Source: Octopus vulgaris | Lineage: Eukaryota | Length of the DNA: 64,000 bases | NCBI GenBank assembly: GCA_951406725.2 | Contig: OX597828.1 | Location: 36,332,001-36,396,000 of the forward strand | Reading direction: 5' to 3' | Part shown: positions 11,801-24,540 of the stretch, in pieces | Position numbering within the stretch: the stretch's first letter is position 1 | Layout of the letters: each line of letters begins with the position of its first letter | The notes under the pieces: generated by a model | Databases searched by the model: none | Seen by the model: only the letters and a program-made list of their open reading frames with translations | What the model was told of the DNA's origin: nothing | Translations under genes and position numbers: made by a program

Positions 11801-12109
11801 GCATACATGACGTAAAATAAAAGTACAAAATCTTTAACCGGGGATTTCTCCATCTTGGATGCAGCTTACCTATCACTACGCAGTGCTCACTACTGCTTTA
11901 TTGATAAGTAATTACAAGATAAGTAGAATAGTAATTACATCTGAAAACAAGCCTACTAATTTGACTAACATTCCAGACTATATTACCAACGTAATAAAGT
12001 TAATTATCTGCCCCCCACCCCCACCCCATCAATAACCTAGACTCTAATTACATCATTACAACGACACTAAAAGTAACGAATGTTAAAATCTTTCATCTTT
12101 TGTCTCTTA

Positions 12110-12321
12110 GTTATTTCGGTCATTTGGCTGTGGTCATTTGGCTGCGGCCATGTTGGGGCACTGCCTCGAGGAATTTTATTTGAACGAATCGCCACCGGTA
12201 CTTATATTTTAAGGCCAGTACTTTTTCCATTGGTGCTCTTTTTGTCGAACTGCTAAGTTCTATGGACGTAAACACACCTATACCAGTTGTCAGGCAGTGC
12301 CGGTGGGACATATACACACAT

Positions 12322-12382
<61 letters not shown>

Positions 12383-12540
12383 ACAGGCTTCATTCGGTTT
12401 CTGTCCACCAAATCAACTCACAAGGCTTTGGTTGGTCCAAGGCTACAGTAGAAGACATTTGCTCAAGGCACCATGCAATGAGACAGAACCTGGAATCATG
12501 TAGTTGGGAAGCAAGCTTCGTACCCAACCACCATGCCATA
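12110..12540 (-). mobile_element. Family A SINE, diverged
   Basis: Colinear with young copies; expanded internal (CA)n(TA)n. Confidence 0.75.
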
Positions 12541-12557
12541 ATATTGCACATTCTTCT

Positions 12558-12772
12558 AAGGCGGTGTGCCGGCAGAAACATTAGCATGCTGGACAAAATG
12601 CTTAGCGGTATTTCATCTGTCTTTATGTTCTGAGTTCAAATCCTGCCGAGATCAACTTTGCCTTTCATCCTTTTAGGGATCAATAAATTAAGTACCAGTT
12701 GCATACTGGGGTTGATGTAATCGACTGGCCTCCTCCTCAAGAATTTTGGGCCTTGTGCCTAGAGTAGAAAAG
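12558..12772 (+). mobile_element. Family B Meta-SINE (second tail type) with TSD
   Basis: Meta domain; AATATTGCACATTCT at 12540-12554 and 12773-12787. Confidence 0.8.
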
Positions 12773-13499
12773 AATATTGCACATTCTACATGCATCCACT
12801 TCTATCCTATTTAAACATCTTTGAATATATGTTTTTTATCATAATCTAACCAAGATAGGACAGGCAGTGCCATTAGTTATGTTGGACCATTCGCACACTG
12901 GCCCAATCAAAACTGTTGATGTTCAGCTTGAATTTCAGTCAGAAAAGTGCGGGCTCAAATGGTGTTCTTGAGAGAGATGCAATTTAGGGAAGAAAGATTT
13001 TGTTACAAGAGTTATATAAGGAGAAATAATGTGTAGGAGAGCATCAGGTATGTTGAGTGGGTCGGATTGAATGTGATTGCAACTTACTAGAAAAGAGGAG
13101 CTGAAACTATTATAGCGGAGTTAGAACAGTCTTCACATTCTGAGTTCAAATTCCGCTGAAGTCAACCTAGCCTTCCATCCTTTCAGGGTCAATGAAATAA
13201 GTACCAGTTGAGCACTGGGGTCAATGTAATCAACTTAACTACTCATGGGTATGAGTATAAAACTGTATCCTTCTGACAAGCCATGTCAAGCCAATGTGGC
13301 AGAGTAGGCTCATCAAACCAATATGATTTCAAGCTATTCTTTGGTGGAGAGAACATGTTGAGGCATTCGACCTGCAGTGAACTGAACATGGGTAATCCAA
13401 TCAAATATGAGAAAGCCATAAAGGAGAAACCAAAAGTCAAGTTATTTCTCGTTTTCAAGTATTTTCTTTTCACATTTGTTGTTCTGGCATCTCTGACAA

Positions 13500-14300
13500 C
13501 CCTTGCATAAAACACATTTGAACATGGTACCCTTGATAGAAAAAGGTGAACATGGTAATTTTTTTCCTTCTTTGTCGTTTGTCCTCTTCATCGTTCCTGG
13601 GTTTTCAATTTGATGCTAGTCTTCTTTATAGTCTACTCGAGTGGATCTTTTTACGTTGTAGGCTATCCACAAAGTCTTTTGTCAGTTCCGAGTTCGCTGC
13701 AAAGAATTTGGCTGGAAATGGCCTGTCTATCTACGCCAATATTTGATCATGGCAGCTTCCATACTTTTGGCTTGAATTTTCGTAACAACTGGAAAGGCTG
13801 GTGATGTAATCTTCCTATTTGATGTTCATGATTGTTCAGAGCTTCTTTGAGTAAAGGCACTCAAAGTTTTCTTGATGTCTCGGTGGTATGGTGTTCATGT
13901 TTTGCATCCATAGAATAAGGTTGAAACAACACCTTGAATTTGATAAATTTTTTGTTTCTGAAGATGTGAGAGGATAGTCCTTGAAAAGCAACATGACCTG
14001 TACAAATCCAGTTTTTAACATCCTTCTCGGAATTGCATTTCATTGAAAGGAGACTTCCAAAGTAGAGGAAATGGTCTATTTGTTCCAGAGGGGTTTTCAA
14101 GATATTAATTTTGAAATTTAGAAAGTTTGTCCGTCGTAGTTTGTGCGAGCACTTTGGTTTTCTAGAGGTGATAGTCAAACTAAAGCCATCACATGCCTTC
14201 TTGAAGTTATTAATTGGCTGCTGTTATATTTCCTCTTATGCATGAACTGGTGAAGCATTGTTGTCTTCATACTGTAGTTAGGTGACCAAGTGGTGTTGGT
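13500..14300 (-). pseudogene. Decayed RTE (BovB-like) LINE RT C-terminal region
   Basis: LEQIDHFLYFGSLLS..NSEKDVKNWICTGHVAFQGLSSHIFRNKK resembles RTE LE.V..F.YLGS.LS...D.I..RI..A..AF..L...VF; many stops and frameshifts. Confidence 0.7.
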
Positions 14301-15519
14301 CAGTTTTTATGAGTGGAGTCAGGACAGGGTGAAAAGACCTCCAGTGTTAACTCCGAAATTTCTAGAGTCTTCTCCATTCAGGGTGAGCAGAGATGATCCT
14401 AAATAAATCTACCCAGACACAGATGCCGGGTCAGATTTCTGAGTAGTCAAAGGTTTTAGAAAAGTGGCCTTCACGTATTCACCTCAAACGTACTGGTCTG
14501 GACAGGAAGCTACTAGTTTCATCAAAACTTGCTTCTCCCTCCTTATCCCACCACCATTGGACTTTTGTGGGGAAAAAGTCAGTAAGAAAAAAATACAAAA
14601 TACCAACAGAGTGAATCTTTTAAGATGGATTCTGACTTATTTGGCAGTAACCCACTCACTATGATCCCAGGACTGTTATCTGCTGTGCCTATATGTAGGA
14701 TGAAACGGATTGCTGTTTATTCTTATGTAGCCTTGAATCACATCTTAACCAGACCAGAAACAGTGTTAACAATTCCATCTCAGCTTGCTTCACTGTTGGG
14801 TGATACATTCGGCCACATTTCAGCTTATAACCAGCCAAAAATACCAAAGTATTTACTTCAGTATGGCACCTTCCTAGCTAAGGGTGTACACCCTGGTGTA
14901 TGTGCCTAGCTGTGCATTGATGTTGCATTGAAAGCACAACCACAGTCTCGTCACCATGAGGCATTGAGATCAGATTTTGAGAAAGGAACCTAAATTACTG
15001 CAGAAGACCGACTTTCTTCAAGGATTTATAATTACTTAATTTTTTTTTTTCAAATAATGTAAATGATCAGACGATATACAACCACCGACTAGACAAATGC
15101 TTAAGGTGTCTCCAGTTTAGTTAGCATGAAAATATGTTAACAGACGAAGCCGGATACTTTCATTAATGTGGAAAATGAAGACAATTACTTAATAGACCAG
15201 ACATCTACATCCACCTCGAGATAATTAACCATGTGCCCACAGATGGAACAACAGAAACCTGCTTTTTCACATACACACACACACGCGCACAGGCACACAA
15301 ACATACATACATACAATAGAGAGATTTTTAACTCTTGAATAAAGAACACCAAAACAATCTTCTGGATAAATTGCAGAGAATAATCACCTATTTGTTAATT
15401 ACTTATCAAAATACTCCTGTGTAATCAAACGAAATGACAAACCATCAACAGCATTGACAGAACATTAACTCTATACATGACCAACCAGTCACAATTACTA
15501 TATATGTTTATACAGTTGA

Positions 15520-15616
15520 GTGTGTGTGTGTGTGTGTGCATGCGTGTGTGTGTGCATGCATGTATGTATGTATAAACACATATATACATTATATATATAT
15601 CATTATATATATATAC

Positions 15617-15665
<49 letters not shown>

Positions 15666-15683
15666 GCACATGCTCATATATCC

Positions 15684-15739
<56 letters not shown>

Positions 15740-15975
15740 ATATATATATGTGGGTGTGTGTATATACATATATATGTATGTATGTATATATATGTATGTA
15801 TATACATATATATGCATATACATAGATACATACACATTTGTGTAAACGCATACACATGTATTTATATTAATACACTTGAATACACACACACACACATGCA
15901 TGTGTGTGTTTACACAATTATATACGTATGTATGTGTGTGTATTCTGGTGTGTATATGCAAATACATGTGTATGC
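15520..15975. repeat. Compound TG/TA/CA microsatellite
   Basis: Direct inspection. Confidence 0.95.
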
Positions 15976-17156
15976 GTCTGAAAGAATATATATATTCTAG
16001 CCACAGTCAAATGATTGAAACAAACAAGAGAATATATTACAACCGCATACATATGTATTTTACATACACACACAAGTTATATAATACAAGGCAAATGACG
16101 AATACACACCCAAAACTAATAACGCATCCAGTCACTGCTTCACAACCTCACCACCCAAACAACACACAGCTCACTCCTACCACCACACCTATCACAGAAC
16201 ATATAAACCAGCTCACAATTAACGTTCTCAAGTTATGGTTCATTCTGCTAAGTTTTTCTTTCACTCGTCAACAACACCCAAGTAACAAAAGTTCAATTAG
16301 TGTTAGCATACTTAATACAATTTCTAACACTGGCACGAAACTGCAAGTTTTGGGGATTAAGTACTAGGATCAATTAACTTGACCCTAGTATTTGTTTGGT
16401 TCATGTAACCTTCGCCGATCAGTGGTTCATTCAGCACTGACCCATTGGTCAGTTGAAGCTTAGGTAGTGTCATGTGACATCTAGCTGGTGCTAACTGCTG
16501 GAGCCTATCAGCGAGTATTTAAAGCACAATTTGGCAGAATGGTTATTTGCCCACTGACATTCATTGGTATTGCTTTGAAGAAAGAACAAAAGGCCAAAGA
16601 AAAAAGGAGAAAGAGAAAAACACATTCAATACCAGACACAAAGACACCTCCGAAAGGTGGGGGGCTCCGCCATGTCAAAAATGGTAGAGGAGTAGAGGTC
16701 GAACCGGATGTGGTTCCTCCTGATGATGTCTTTAGCCACTGGATCCTAAAAAGGAGCTGTTGAGGTAGCAAACCACAAAACATGGTTGGAATTCCTCAGT
16801 ACACTCAGCTATGAACCTTGTTATGCTTGTCATGGATTGCTCTGTGATAACACGGGTTGGTGATCCGTTGAAAATTCTGCTTGTACCACAAAAACACACC
16901 CCAGTGGCCATGCACAACATGCAACTACCCAGAATGCACTGACTGTTGCTTGTGTTTACATGATTGTGCTGTGAGACTGCATATTTTTCTATACGGATTT
17001 AGGTACACATACCCCTCAGTGTGGGTGCCTTTCTGCTTGTGTCTGTTGCCACCACACACACACGCGCACGCGCACGCACCGCTTCATAACCGGTGTTGGT
17101 TTGTTTACGTCCACATAACTTAGCAGTGTGACAAATACCAGACTTAAAAAAACATA

Positions 17157-17530
17157 AGGCACATGCATGGCTGTGTGGTAAGGTATTTTCTTCCCAACCA
17201 TATGGTTCCAGGTTCAGACTCACTGCATGGCACCTTGGGCAAGTGTCTTCTACTATAGCCTCGAGCCAACCAAGGCCTTGTGAGTGGATTTGGTAGATGG
17301 AAACTGAAAGAAACCTATCATATATATATATATGTGAGTGTGTGTGTCTGTGTTTGTTCCCTACTACCAATGGACAACTGATGATGGTATGTTTATGTCC
17401 CCGCAACTTAGTGGTTCAGCATAAGAGATTGATAGAATAAGTACTGGAGTCATTTAATTTGACTAAAATTCCTCAAGGTGGTGCCCCAGCATTGCCACAG
17501 TCTAATGCCTGAAACAAATAATAGTATAAA
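17157..17530 (+). mobile_element. Family A CORE-SINE
   Basis: GGCACCTTGGGCAAGTGTCTTCTACTATAGCC CORE motif, head and tail present. Confidence 0.8.
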
Positions 17531-17640
17531 AGAGTGAGTACCGGAGTCGATTTCATCGATTTCAAGGTAGTGATCCAGCATGGCTGCACTCCAGTGACTG
17601 AAACAAGTAACATTAAAAAGGCAAGCTAGCAAGTATCAAC

Positions 17641-17800
17641 AGCTTTGAGACCAGTAAATATCATTCCATGCTGGCGGGGGGCATGTCAAGAAGTTCCAGG
17701 TTATAACCTGGAACTTCTTGACATAGCCGCCCTTCTTCATTCAGTAAGAGCGCACAAGTGTTGTATTTGTCTCTACGAGAAACTGCACATATTACAATCC
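17641..17800. repeat. 160-bp dispersed direct repeat, copy 1, with a perfect 42-bp palindrome
   Basis: ATGTCAAGAAGTTCCAGGTTATAACCTGGAACTTCTTGACAT at 17683-17724; copy 2 at 19148-19311. Confidence 0.9.
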
Positions 17801-18689
17801 GTACTTCAAGCTGGCTGATGTTAAGACCCAGGCAAGCCCTAATTCTGATCTTGCATCAAAGATGTTCTGAACATGTTAAATCCTTTTTCTTTTACACTGA
17901 ATTTTGGGCAACATAATCCAGTGTCAACATTTCAAATGCAATAGGTTGCAATTAGCGTTTAGAGTATGATTTGGCTGCTATTCTTCACAAATCAAGAAAC
18001 TACGTAGATCATTGCTTGTTTAACAGGTTTGGTTATTTTATTTTGGTTAAATATGCAGAAAAACTCCATTACATATGAGGCTATACACACACACAAACAC
18101 ACGCGCACACACACATCACCACCACAATCATCATCATCATCATCATCAACATCATTATCGTTAGCATCATAATTATTATTGTTGTTCAAAATCAGTTGTG
18201 CATTGGGCAAAATGCTGAGCAGTGTTTCTTCTGACTCTTAGCGTTCTGAGTTCAAATTCCATCGGGGTCAACTTTTACTGCCATCCTTTTGGGGGGTCAA
18301 TGAAATAAGTACCAGTCAAGTACTGGGTTCAATGAAATCGATTAACCGCCCCCTCCAAAAACACTTCAGGCCTTTTGTCTATAGTGGAAATAATTGTTAT
18401 CATTATTATTAAAAGTATGACATACAGATGCAAAAACTACATTGGATTGTTCAGATGCTTAATACTAAGTGGTATGATGGCCATGGTGCTTGACTGTCTA
18501 TATGAATTTCATTCTCATTGGTCACTTCTCATCATGCAATGTTAATAGATATCTTGGTAGTTAGTGATAGTTGCTTGCATGGGAGGTAACTCTGACATAA
18601 CAGCTAGGAGTAATCCCCTCTTGTTTTTTTTTTAGCAATTACTGTGAAATTTAAATTTCACTAATAGTTTATATAATGGCTTAAACTTA

Positions 18690-19060
18690 GAGAGATGGGG
18701 CTGGAAAACGACAAATCACTTTTTGGTTATTGCTATTGCAATATATGCATTTCCTAATAGAGACAGGTACAGTAGTGGCACAACTAAGGTTGAATCTTTT
18801 TGAGAATGTGCCTTCCCACAACGTCCATCCACAATAAAATGAGACTCTTAGGTGAACTTTTTTCCATCTCAGGACTTGAGCAAGCACATATAATGAGTTA
18901 ACCTTCTCTTGAAGTCTTTGGTTGCAAATCCCATGAAATTCCGAAGAGATTGAATCTCGTAGCGTTGTTTTATGACCACTAGCTTGGACTTGAAAAAGTA
19001 GAATCCTCTCATTGGGCAAATATATTGGTTTCGGCAGTTGCAAGAGTGTGCCTGAGATGA
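18690..19060 (-). pseudogene. Penelope-like element GIY-YIG endonuclease remnant
   Basis: SCNCRNQYICPMRG...VVIK...FMGFATKDFKRRLTHY...KKFT*ESHFI...RKCIYC matches PLE CNCR....CP..G.C...VVY...YIG....FK.R..NH...T.LS.FIW...C.LC. Confidence 0.65.
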
Positions 19061-19147
19061 AACTTTTATGGCTATATGATTTGTTTCTATTTTAACACAC
19101 AATGCTGAACAGGAAAATCTCCACCCACTTCTCTCATTTTATCTGGA

Positions 19148-19311
19148 AGCTTTGAGACCAGTAAATATCATTCCATGCTGGCGGGAGGGGGTCATGTCAA
19201 GAAGTTCCAGGTTATAACATGGAACTTCTCGACATGGCCTCCCTTCTTCATTCAGTAAGAGCGCACAAGTGTTGTATTTGTCTCTACGAGAAACTGCACA
19301 TATTACAATCC
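19148..19311. repeat. 160-bp dispersed direct repeat, copy 2
   Basis: Nearly identical to 17641-17800; its palindrome has two mismatches. Confidence 0.9.
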
Positions 19312-20004
19312 TCTGCTATATCTTTAACAAAAAAAAAAGCAAAACTGAACTATTAAAGATTTTTTAATTTCCTTTATTTATTATCTCCTTTAATTCATTC
19401 CACCTGTTTGATTCTGACCATACTGGAGCAAGCACTACCACATGTTAAATAGATAACCATGAGCAAGTGCAGCTCGCTCACAAGACAGCAGAAGTGCTTA
19501 AAACTCAAATGGCTTTGTCCAATTAGCTGTAAACAATTATTACCTTGTGCAAACAGCAGCAACACAGTAAAATCTTCGAAATATTAAAGTATTTTCCTTG
19601 AGCTTTTAATGCTGAGTTTGAAGCCTCCATTGTTGAAGAGATCCTATCTCAGTACTTTTTAACTAAGTCTATCAAGAATCATGTTAAAAGTGAATCCTAT
19701 AAGGTTCGCTTGAATGTGCGAAATGAAGGAGAGAATGGCGAAAAGAAAGAACAAACGAATGAATGACTGAGACGGATAATGAATTATTGAATTAATTGAA
19801 TAATTAATTAGATAATGACCAACTGATCGACTGACGGAATGAATGAATGAATGAATGAATGAATAAACAAATGAATGAGTGAATGCCTGAAAGAATAAAA
19901 GGATAAATATATTAATGATTAAATTAATTAATAATTAAATTAATGACTGAATAAATAAAGTGCCTCAATAAATGATGAATTAATGACTAGTTTAATGAAT
20001 GAAG

Positions 20005-20155
20005 AATGATGGTGGTGCTGGTGGTTGTGGTGGTGCTGGTGGTGGTGATGGTGGTGGTGGTGATGATGATTGTCACCATTATCATCATCATCATCATCAT
20101 CATCAACATCACCATCATCACCATCAGCATCGATCGATCGATCGATCGATCGATC
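20005..20155. repeat. (GGT)n, (ATC)n and (ATCG)n simple repeats
   Basis: Direct inspection. Confidence 0.9.
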
Positions 20156-20450
20156 AACTGCAGCTTTCACTTATGTCAAGCACGATGACATTATGAACCA
20201 CATACTCCACACCATCATCAGCACCCTAAGGTCATCAGGAGTCATTGAATTACTATCAATCATTAGAATCATGACCATGGCTTTTGTATAAAAACGTTAG
20301 TTTCTCCTCCTGTGGATGAGGTCTCAAATGATGACTCAGATTGGCCATTTGGTAATTCTCTGTGGCTTAGATCAGTCAAATGCAAACTGCGATCCATGAG
20401 CCGTATATTGCCCATGAGACTTTATGAATGACATGACAATCGGAAAGTTA

Positions 20451-20934
20451 CCTTACAATAAGCCATGTCTCATGTGGCCCACTCTAAGATAAGCAATGTC
20501 TCATGCAGCCTGCCATATGATAGGCCATGTCTCATGCTGCCTGCCTTATGATAACCTATATCTCATGCGTCCTGCCTTATGATAAGCTATGTGTCATGTG
20601 GTCCACCTTATAATGAACCATGTCTCATGCAGTCCATCTTATGATAAGTCATATGTTATGCAGCCTGCCTTTTGATAAGCCATGTCTCATATGGCTCTCC
20701 TTATAAGCCATGTCTCATGCAGCATGCTTTATGATAAGTCATGTCTCATGCGGCCCACCTTAAGATAAGCTATGTGTCATGTGGTCCACCTTATGATGAA
20801 CCATGTATCATGCAGCCCACCTTATGATAAGTCATATGTTATGCAGCCTGCCTTATGATAAGCCATGTCTCATTTGGCTCTCCTTATAAGCCATGTCTCA
20901 TGCAGCCCACCTTATGATAACTTATGTCACATGC
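20451..20934. repeat. 31-bp minisatellite, about 15 units, with a 183-bp higher-order repeat
   Basis: Unit CCTTATGATAAGCCATGTCTCATGCAGCCTG; variant GATAAGCTATGTGTCATGTGGTCCACC recurs at 20581 and 20764. Confidence 0.9.
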
Positions 20935-21164
20935 TACATAAATTATGGTCACTATATAGTTGTCCATGGCTAATGGGTGACCAAACAGTGGATGCATAAA
21001 GTCATCCAGAGCAACCAAGCATAACAGCCATTTGAATAAATAAACTAAATTGATGACTGAATCATCAATGACTGATGAATGATCAATGACTAACTGATTA
21101 AATGAATTATGAATGAATGGTGAATGACTGACTGCATTAATGACAAATGAATAAAAATGCGCTG

Positions 21165-21552
21165 GAATTAATATGAGGTTAAGAAGCTTGCTTTACGACC
21201 ATATAGCTTCAGTTTCAGTCCCACTGCATGGTACCTTGAACAAATGTTGTCTACTACAGCCCCAGACCGACAAATGCCTTGTGCGTAGATTTGGCAGACG
21301 GAAACTGTATGGAAGCTTGTCGTATATGAATGTGTGCATGTGTGTGTTTGCATCTCCTTATCTTCATATTGTGTAATATCCAATATCCAATATTCTGCGA
21401 AAATACGTCTGGCCATGAGGAAATATCATCTTGCTTGAAAACAGTTAAAGGTTGGTGAGAGGAAAGGCATCCATCCGTAGAAAATGTACCTCAATAAACT
21501 CCACACAGCTCATGCAAGCATAGAGAAATGGATGTTAAAACGATGATGATAA
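21165..21552 (+). mobile_element. SINE with family A head and RTE-like 3' tail (family A2)
   Basis: A-type head and CORE, then GGTTGGTGAGAGGAAAGGCATCCATCCGTAGAAA...CATGCAAGCATAGAGAAATGGATGTTAAAACGATGATGAT. Confidence 0.7.
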
Positions 21553-21639
21553 TGAAAGCAGTGGTAGTGGTGGTGGCAGCGAATGTGGCAGTGGCGGCGG
21601 CCGTCACTTAATAACTAACCAACTCGCTTTATACATACA

Positions 21640-22100
21640 TCATTCACAAATTCTTCATCTTCAGAAATTACAATATCAACCATGTTTCCCTTTAAATCAC
21701 CTTTAAATCTTGTTATGTCATGTGCATATGAGAAATAACAATCTCTTACACTTCTCATTAAATTCATATTCTAGAGCACCTTCTCTTGAACAACACTATA
21801 ATGGATTCCCTTATCAATGCTCAGCAAATTAAAATTCCTCAACACCTCTTTATTCTCTGTTTTATCTTCGCCAATCTCCTGCAATAATTCCAAAAGCTTT
21901 TTGCCGTTCTCATTGTTACTGATAGGGTTTCTGTAGATGGACACAAATAACAGATCGTTATTCCTGCTTTTTATTTTTATACTTGCTGAAATGTTTTTCC
22001 AATTCTACAGACTCAAAGGAAATACCTTGCTTAACATAAAGCAGCATTCCTCTTTCTTCTTCTTTGCTTGATGTATAAATTTCCCTCGATAATTCATATC
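21640..22100 (-). pseudogene. Decayed CR1/L2-type APE endonuclease remnant
   Basis: LLFVSIYRNPISNNENGKKLLELLQEI...VLRNFNLLSID...TRFKGD...MVDIVISEDEEFV resembles IYR.P.S......GDFN.P.ID...PTR.RG...LDLV. Confidence 0.6.
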
Positions 22101-23162
22101 CATGTGCTTCGTATTCCAAAAATACCCTCTCAAATGCAAAAACTGATTTAATTTTATAGCATTATAGTTTATTGCACAAAAATGTTCACGTTAAAATCAT
22201 TAACATCACTCATATTTTTTTTTCTGGAGCTGTTTCAGATATTCATTCCTTGTGGATATGAGACGTTTTGGCACAGCTGTTTTGGTGTTGCCCTTCGAGT
22301 GGCACCTGTATGGCGTCACTGATTCGATGCTGGCTTATTTGACCTGAGGCGTTTTAATGTTTCTCTTGTTTCCTCTCTCTCACCCTCATCTCTTTCTCCC
22401 TCCCTCTTTCTCCTCCATCTCTCTCTCTCCGTTTATGAGTGTGAGCATCTAGTTATGCTTGTATGTATATATAATGCCTCTCTGTCTCTCTTTCTCTCAC
22501 TCCATATGTGTATTTGACATAAGACACTTTGTCTCTCTCTCCTTCTCTCTCACTCCCTCATTCCTTCCCTCTCTCTCCCTCAATCTGTCTGTTTACTTTT
22601 CTACATGTGTGTGAATGTTTGCCTCCAGTGCCAAAAAGCACTGTCATCAAAACAGGTTGAATGTCCCTTCAGCCATGCCAAATTGTGAGTGAACAAACAG
22701 CTGCACCCAACAGTCTTCTTCCACTACCCTGTTTCTTCATAAATGCCGGACCTCTTCTCCCACTGTCTCTCGGCTCACCTCTACTAATCTTTTTACTTCC
22801 AACCGCTACTTCTGCCGTATGCACATAATTAACTTAATTATCCCTCTTCGCTTTCAGTATACAGCATTTCCAATGATTTCTCCATGCCATGTAGAAACAT
22901 TTCTAAGTTCTTTATTTCTTTGGTGATCTTTCTCTGACATCATGTGACTCCCGTTTTTTCTGTACAATGCCTTCTTTCCATTTTAGAGCTTTTAGACATT
23001 CATATCTTAAAATGCTCTCTTTCAATCCTCCATTTGAGGACCAACCACAGCTAATGCAGGACAGAGATTCCTGGAATGTCTTTGTGAAACGCATCTCGGT
23101 TGCGGCTCCTTGAAGACATTGCATTTGCTGCAGTCCCAAGGAAGTTACTTTCATCGTATTTC

Positions 23163-23376
23163 ATCGTTAGCATGCCGGGCGAAATGCTTAGCGGTATTTC
23201 GTCTGCGTTACGTTGTGAGTTCAAATTCCGCCGAGGTCGACTTTGCCTTTCATCCTTTCGGGGTCAATAAATTAAGTACCAGTTACGCACTGGGGTCGAT
23301 GTAATCGACTTAATACCTATGTCTGTCCTTGTTTGTCCCCTCTGTGTTTAGCCCCTTGTGGGTAATAAAGAAATAC
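23163..23376 (+). mobile_element. Family B Meta-SINE, slightly 5'-truncated
   Basis: Meta domain and CCCCTTGTGGGTAATAAAGAAATA tail; TATTTCATC on both flanks. Confidence 0.85.
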
Positions 23377-23639
23377 ATATTTCATCAGAAATGTATGTTT
23401 CTTGACTAAGATTTTCATATTAATCAAGGTGCCACATCTCACATATGGAAATGTATAATCCAGAGTTACCCCACTTTACAACTTACTTGCCACTTCCTTG
23501 AGCCCTTCATTCCTTATCGAACATAAGCCATCAATGACTTTTCTTCACTGTTCTCGACTCTGGCTGGTCTTTTCTGCTTCTTTCCAGTTGGAGCCTCACT
23601 TTTTCAGCCTTGCAGCTTCCTTTCGGATTTAGTTGCTCC

Positions 23640-23930
23640 ACTTTATGTTTCTCCAAGGGGAGGCCTTCCTCTTCTATGTCTTGGTTTTGAGTTGTCAACA
23701 ATGCTTCTGTAACTTTATTTTTTTCTAGGTGGAGATGCTGGCTCTATGCAAACCTATTTTTACCTCTGGGAAGGGGTCGTCCATTTTAATCTGATCTCTA
23801 TCCCTGAGCATGAGAGTTCCTTCTAGAAATTTGCACTCCACTGACATAATTCTCAGGATCTTTGAGGCACATATGCCACAACACAACAGTAAGGGCAGAA
23901 ACTTGAGGTAGCACCGCACCATCTTTTACT
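23640..23930 (-). mobile_element. RTE 5' UTR-like remnant
   Basis: Similar to 31400-31570 (+) and 55700-55860 (-); ...TGTGCCTCAAAGATCCTGAGAATTATG... resembles the BovB/Rex3 leader. Confidence 0.45.
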
Positions 23931-24052
23931 ACTTCTCCATAAATTCCACACACATCTGTAATTCTGCCCTCCCTGCTAGTTTGTCTGCATCCAACCTTCA
24001 CCTCCACAAAATCCACCTTATTCACCATTCATAACCATTTCACCATAACATA

Positions 24053-24278
24053 TATTTCTTTACTACCCACAAGGGGCTAAACACAGAGGGGACAAACAAG
24101 GACAGACATAGGTATTAAGTCGATTACATCGACCCCAGTGCGTAACTGGTACTTTATTTATCGAAAAGGATGAAAGGCAAAGTCAACCTCGGCGGAATTT
24201 GAACTCAGAACATAGCGGCAGACGAAATACCGCTAAGCTTTTTGCCCGGCGCACTAACGTTTCTGCCAGCTCGCCGCC
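24053..24278 (-). mobile_element. Family B Meta-SINE with TSD
   Basis: TTTCACCATAACATA at 24038-24052 and 24279-24293. Confidence 0.9.
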
Positions 24279-24321
24279 TTTCACCATAACATAACATTGC
24301 AATATTAAAGTATATGAGGAT

Positions 24322-24540
24322 AAGGCGGTGAACCAGTAGAATCATTAGCATGCCAGACAAAAAGGCTTTGCGGCATTTCAGTCGCCATCACACTCTGAGT
24401 TCAAATTCCATCGAGGTCTACTTTACCTTTCATCCTTTCCAAATTAATAAAACAAATACCAATTAAGCACTGGGGTCAATGTAATCAATTTACTTCTTTC
24501 TCCAAACTTGCTGGCTTTGAATCAAAATTTGAAACGAGTA
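24322..24540 (+). mobile_element. Family B Meta-SINE, diverged
   Basis: Head, B box and Meta domain recognisable. Confidence 0.75.

Noticed and set aside
20451-20934. CRISPR-like 31-bp periodicity
   Set aside because: Head-to-tail units with no unique spacers.
22680-23155. Possible CR1 ORF1 upstream of the endonuclease remnant
   Set aside because: Orientation and purine bias fit, but there is no motif I can identify.
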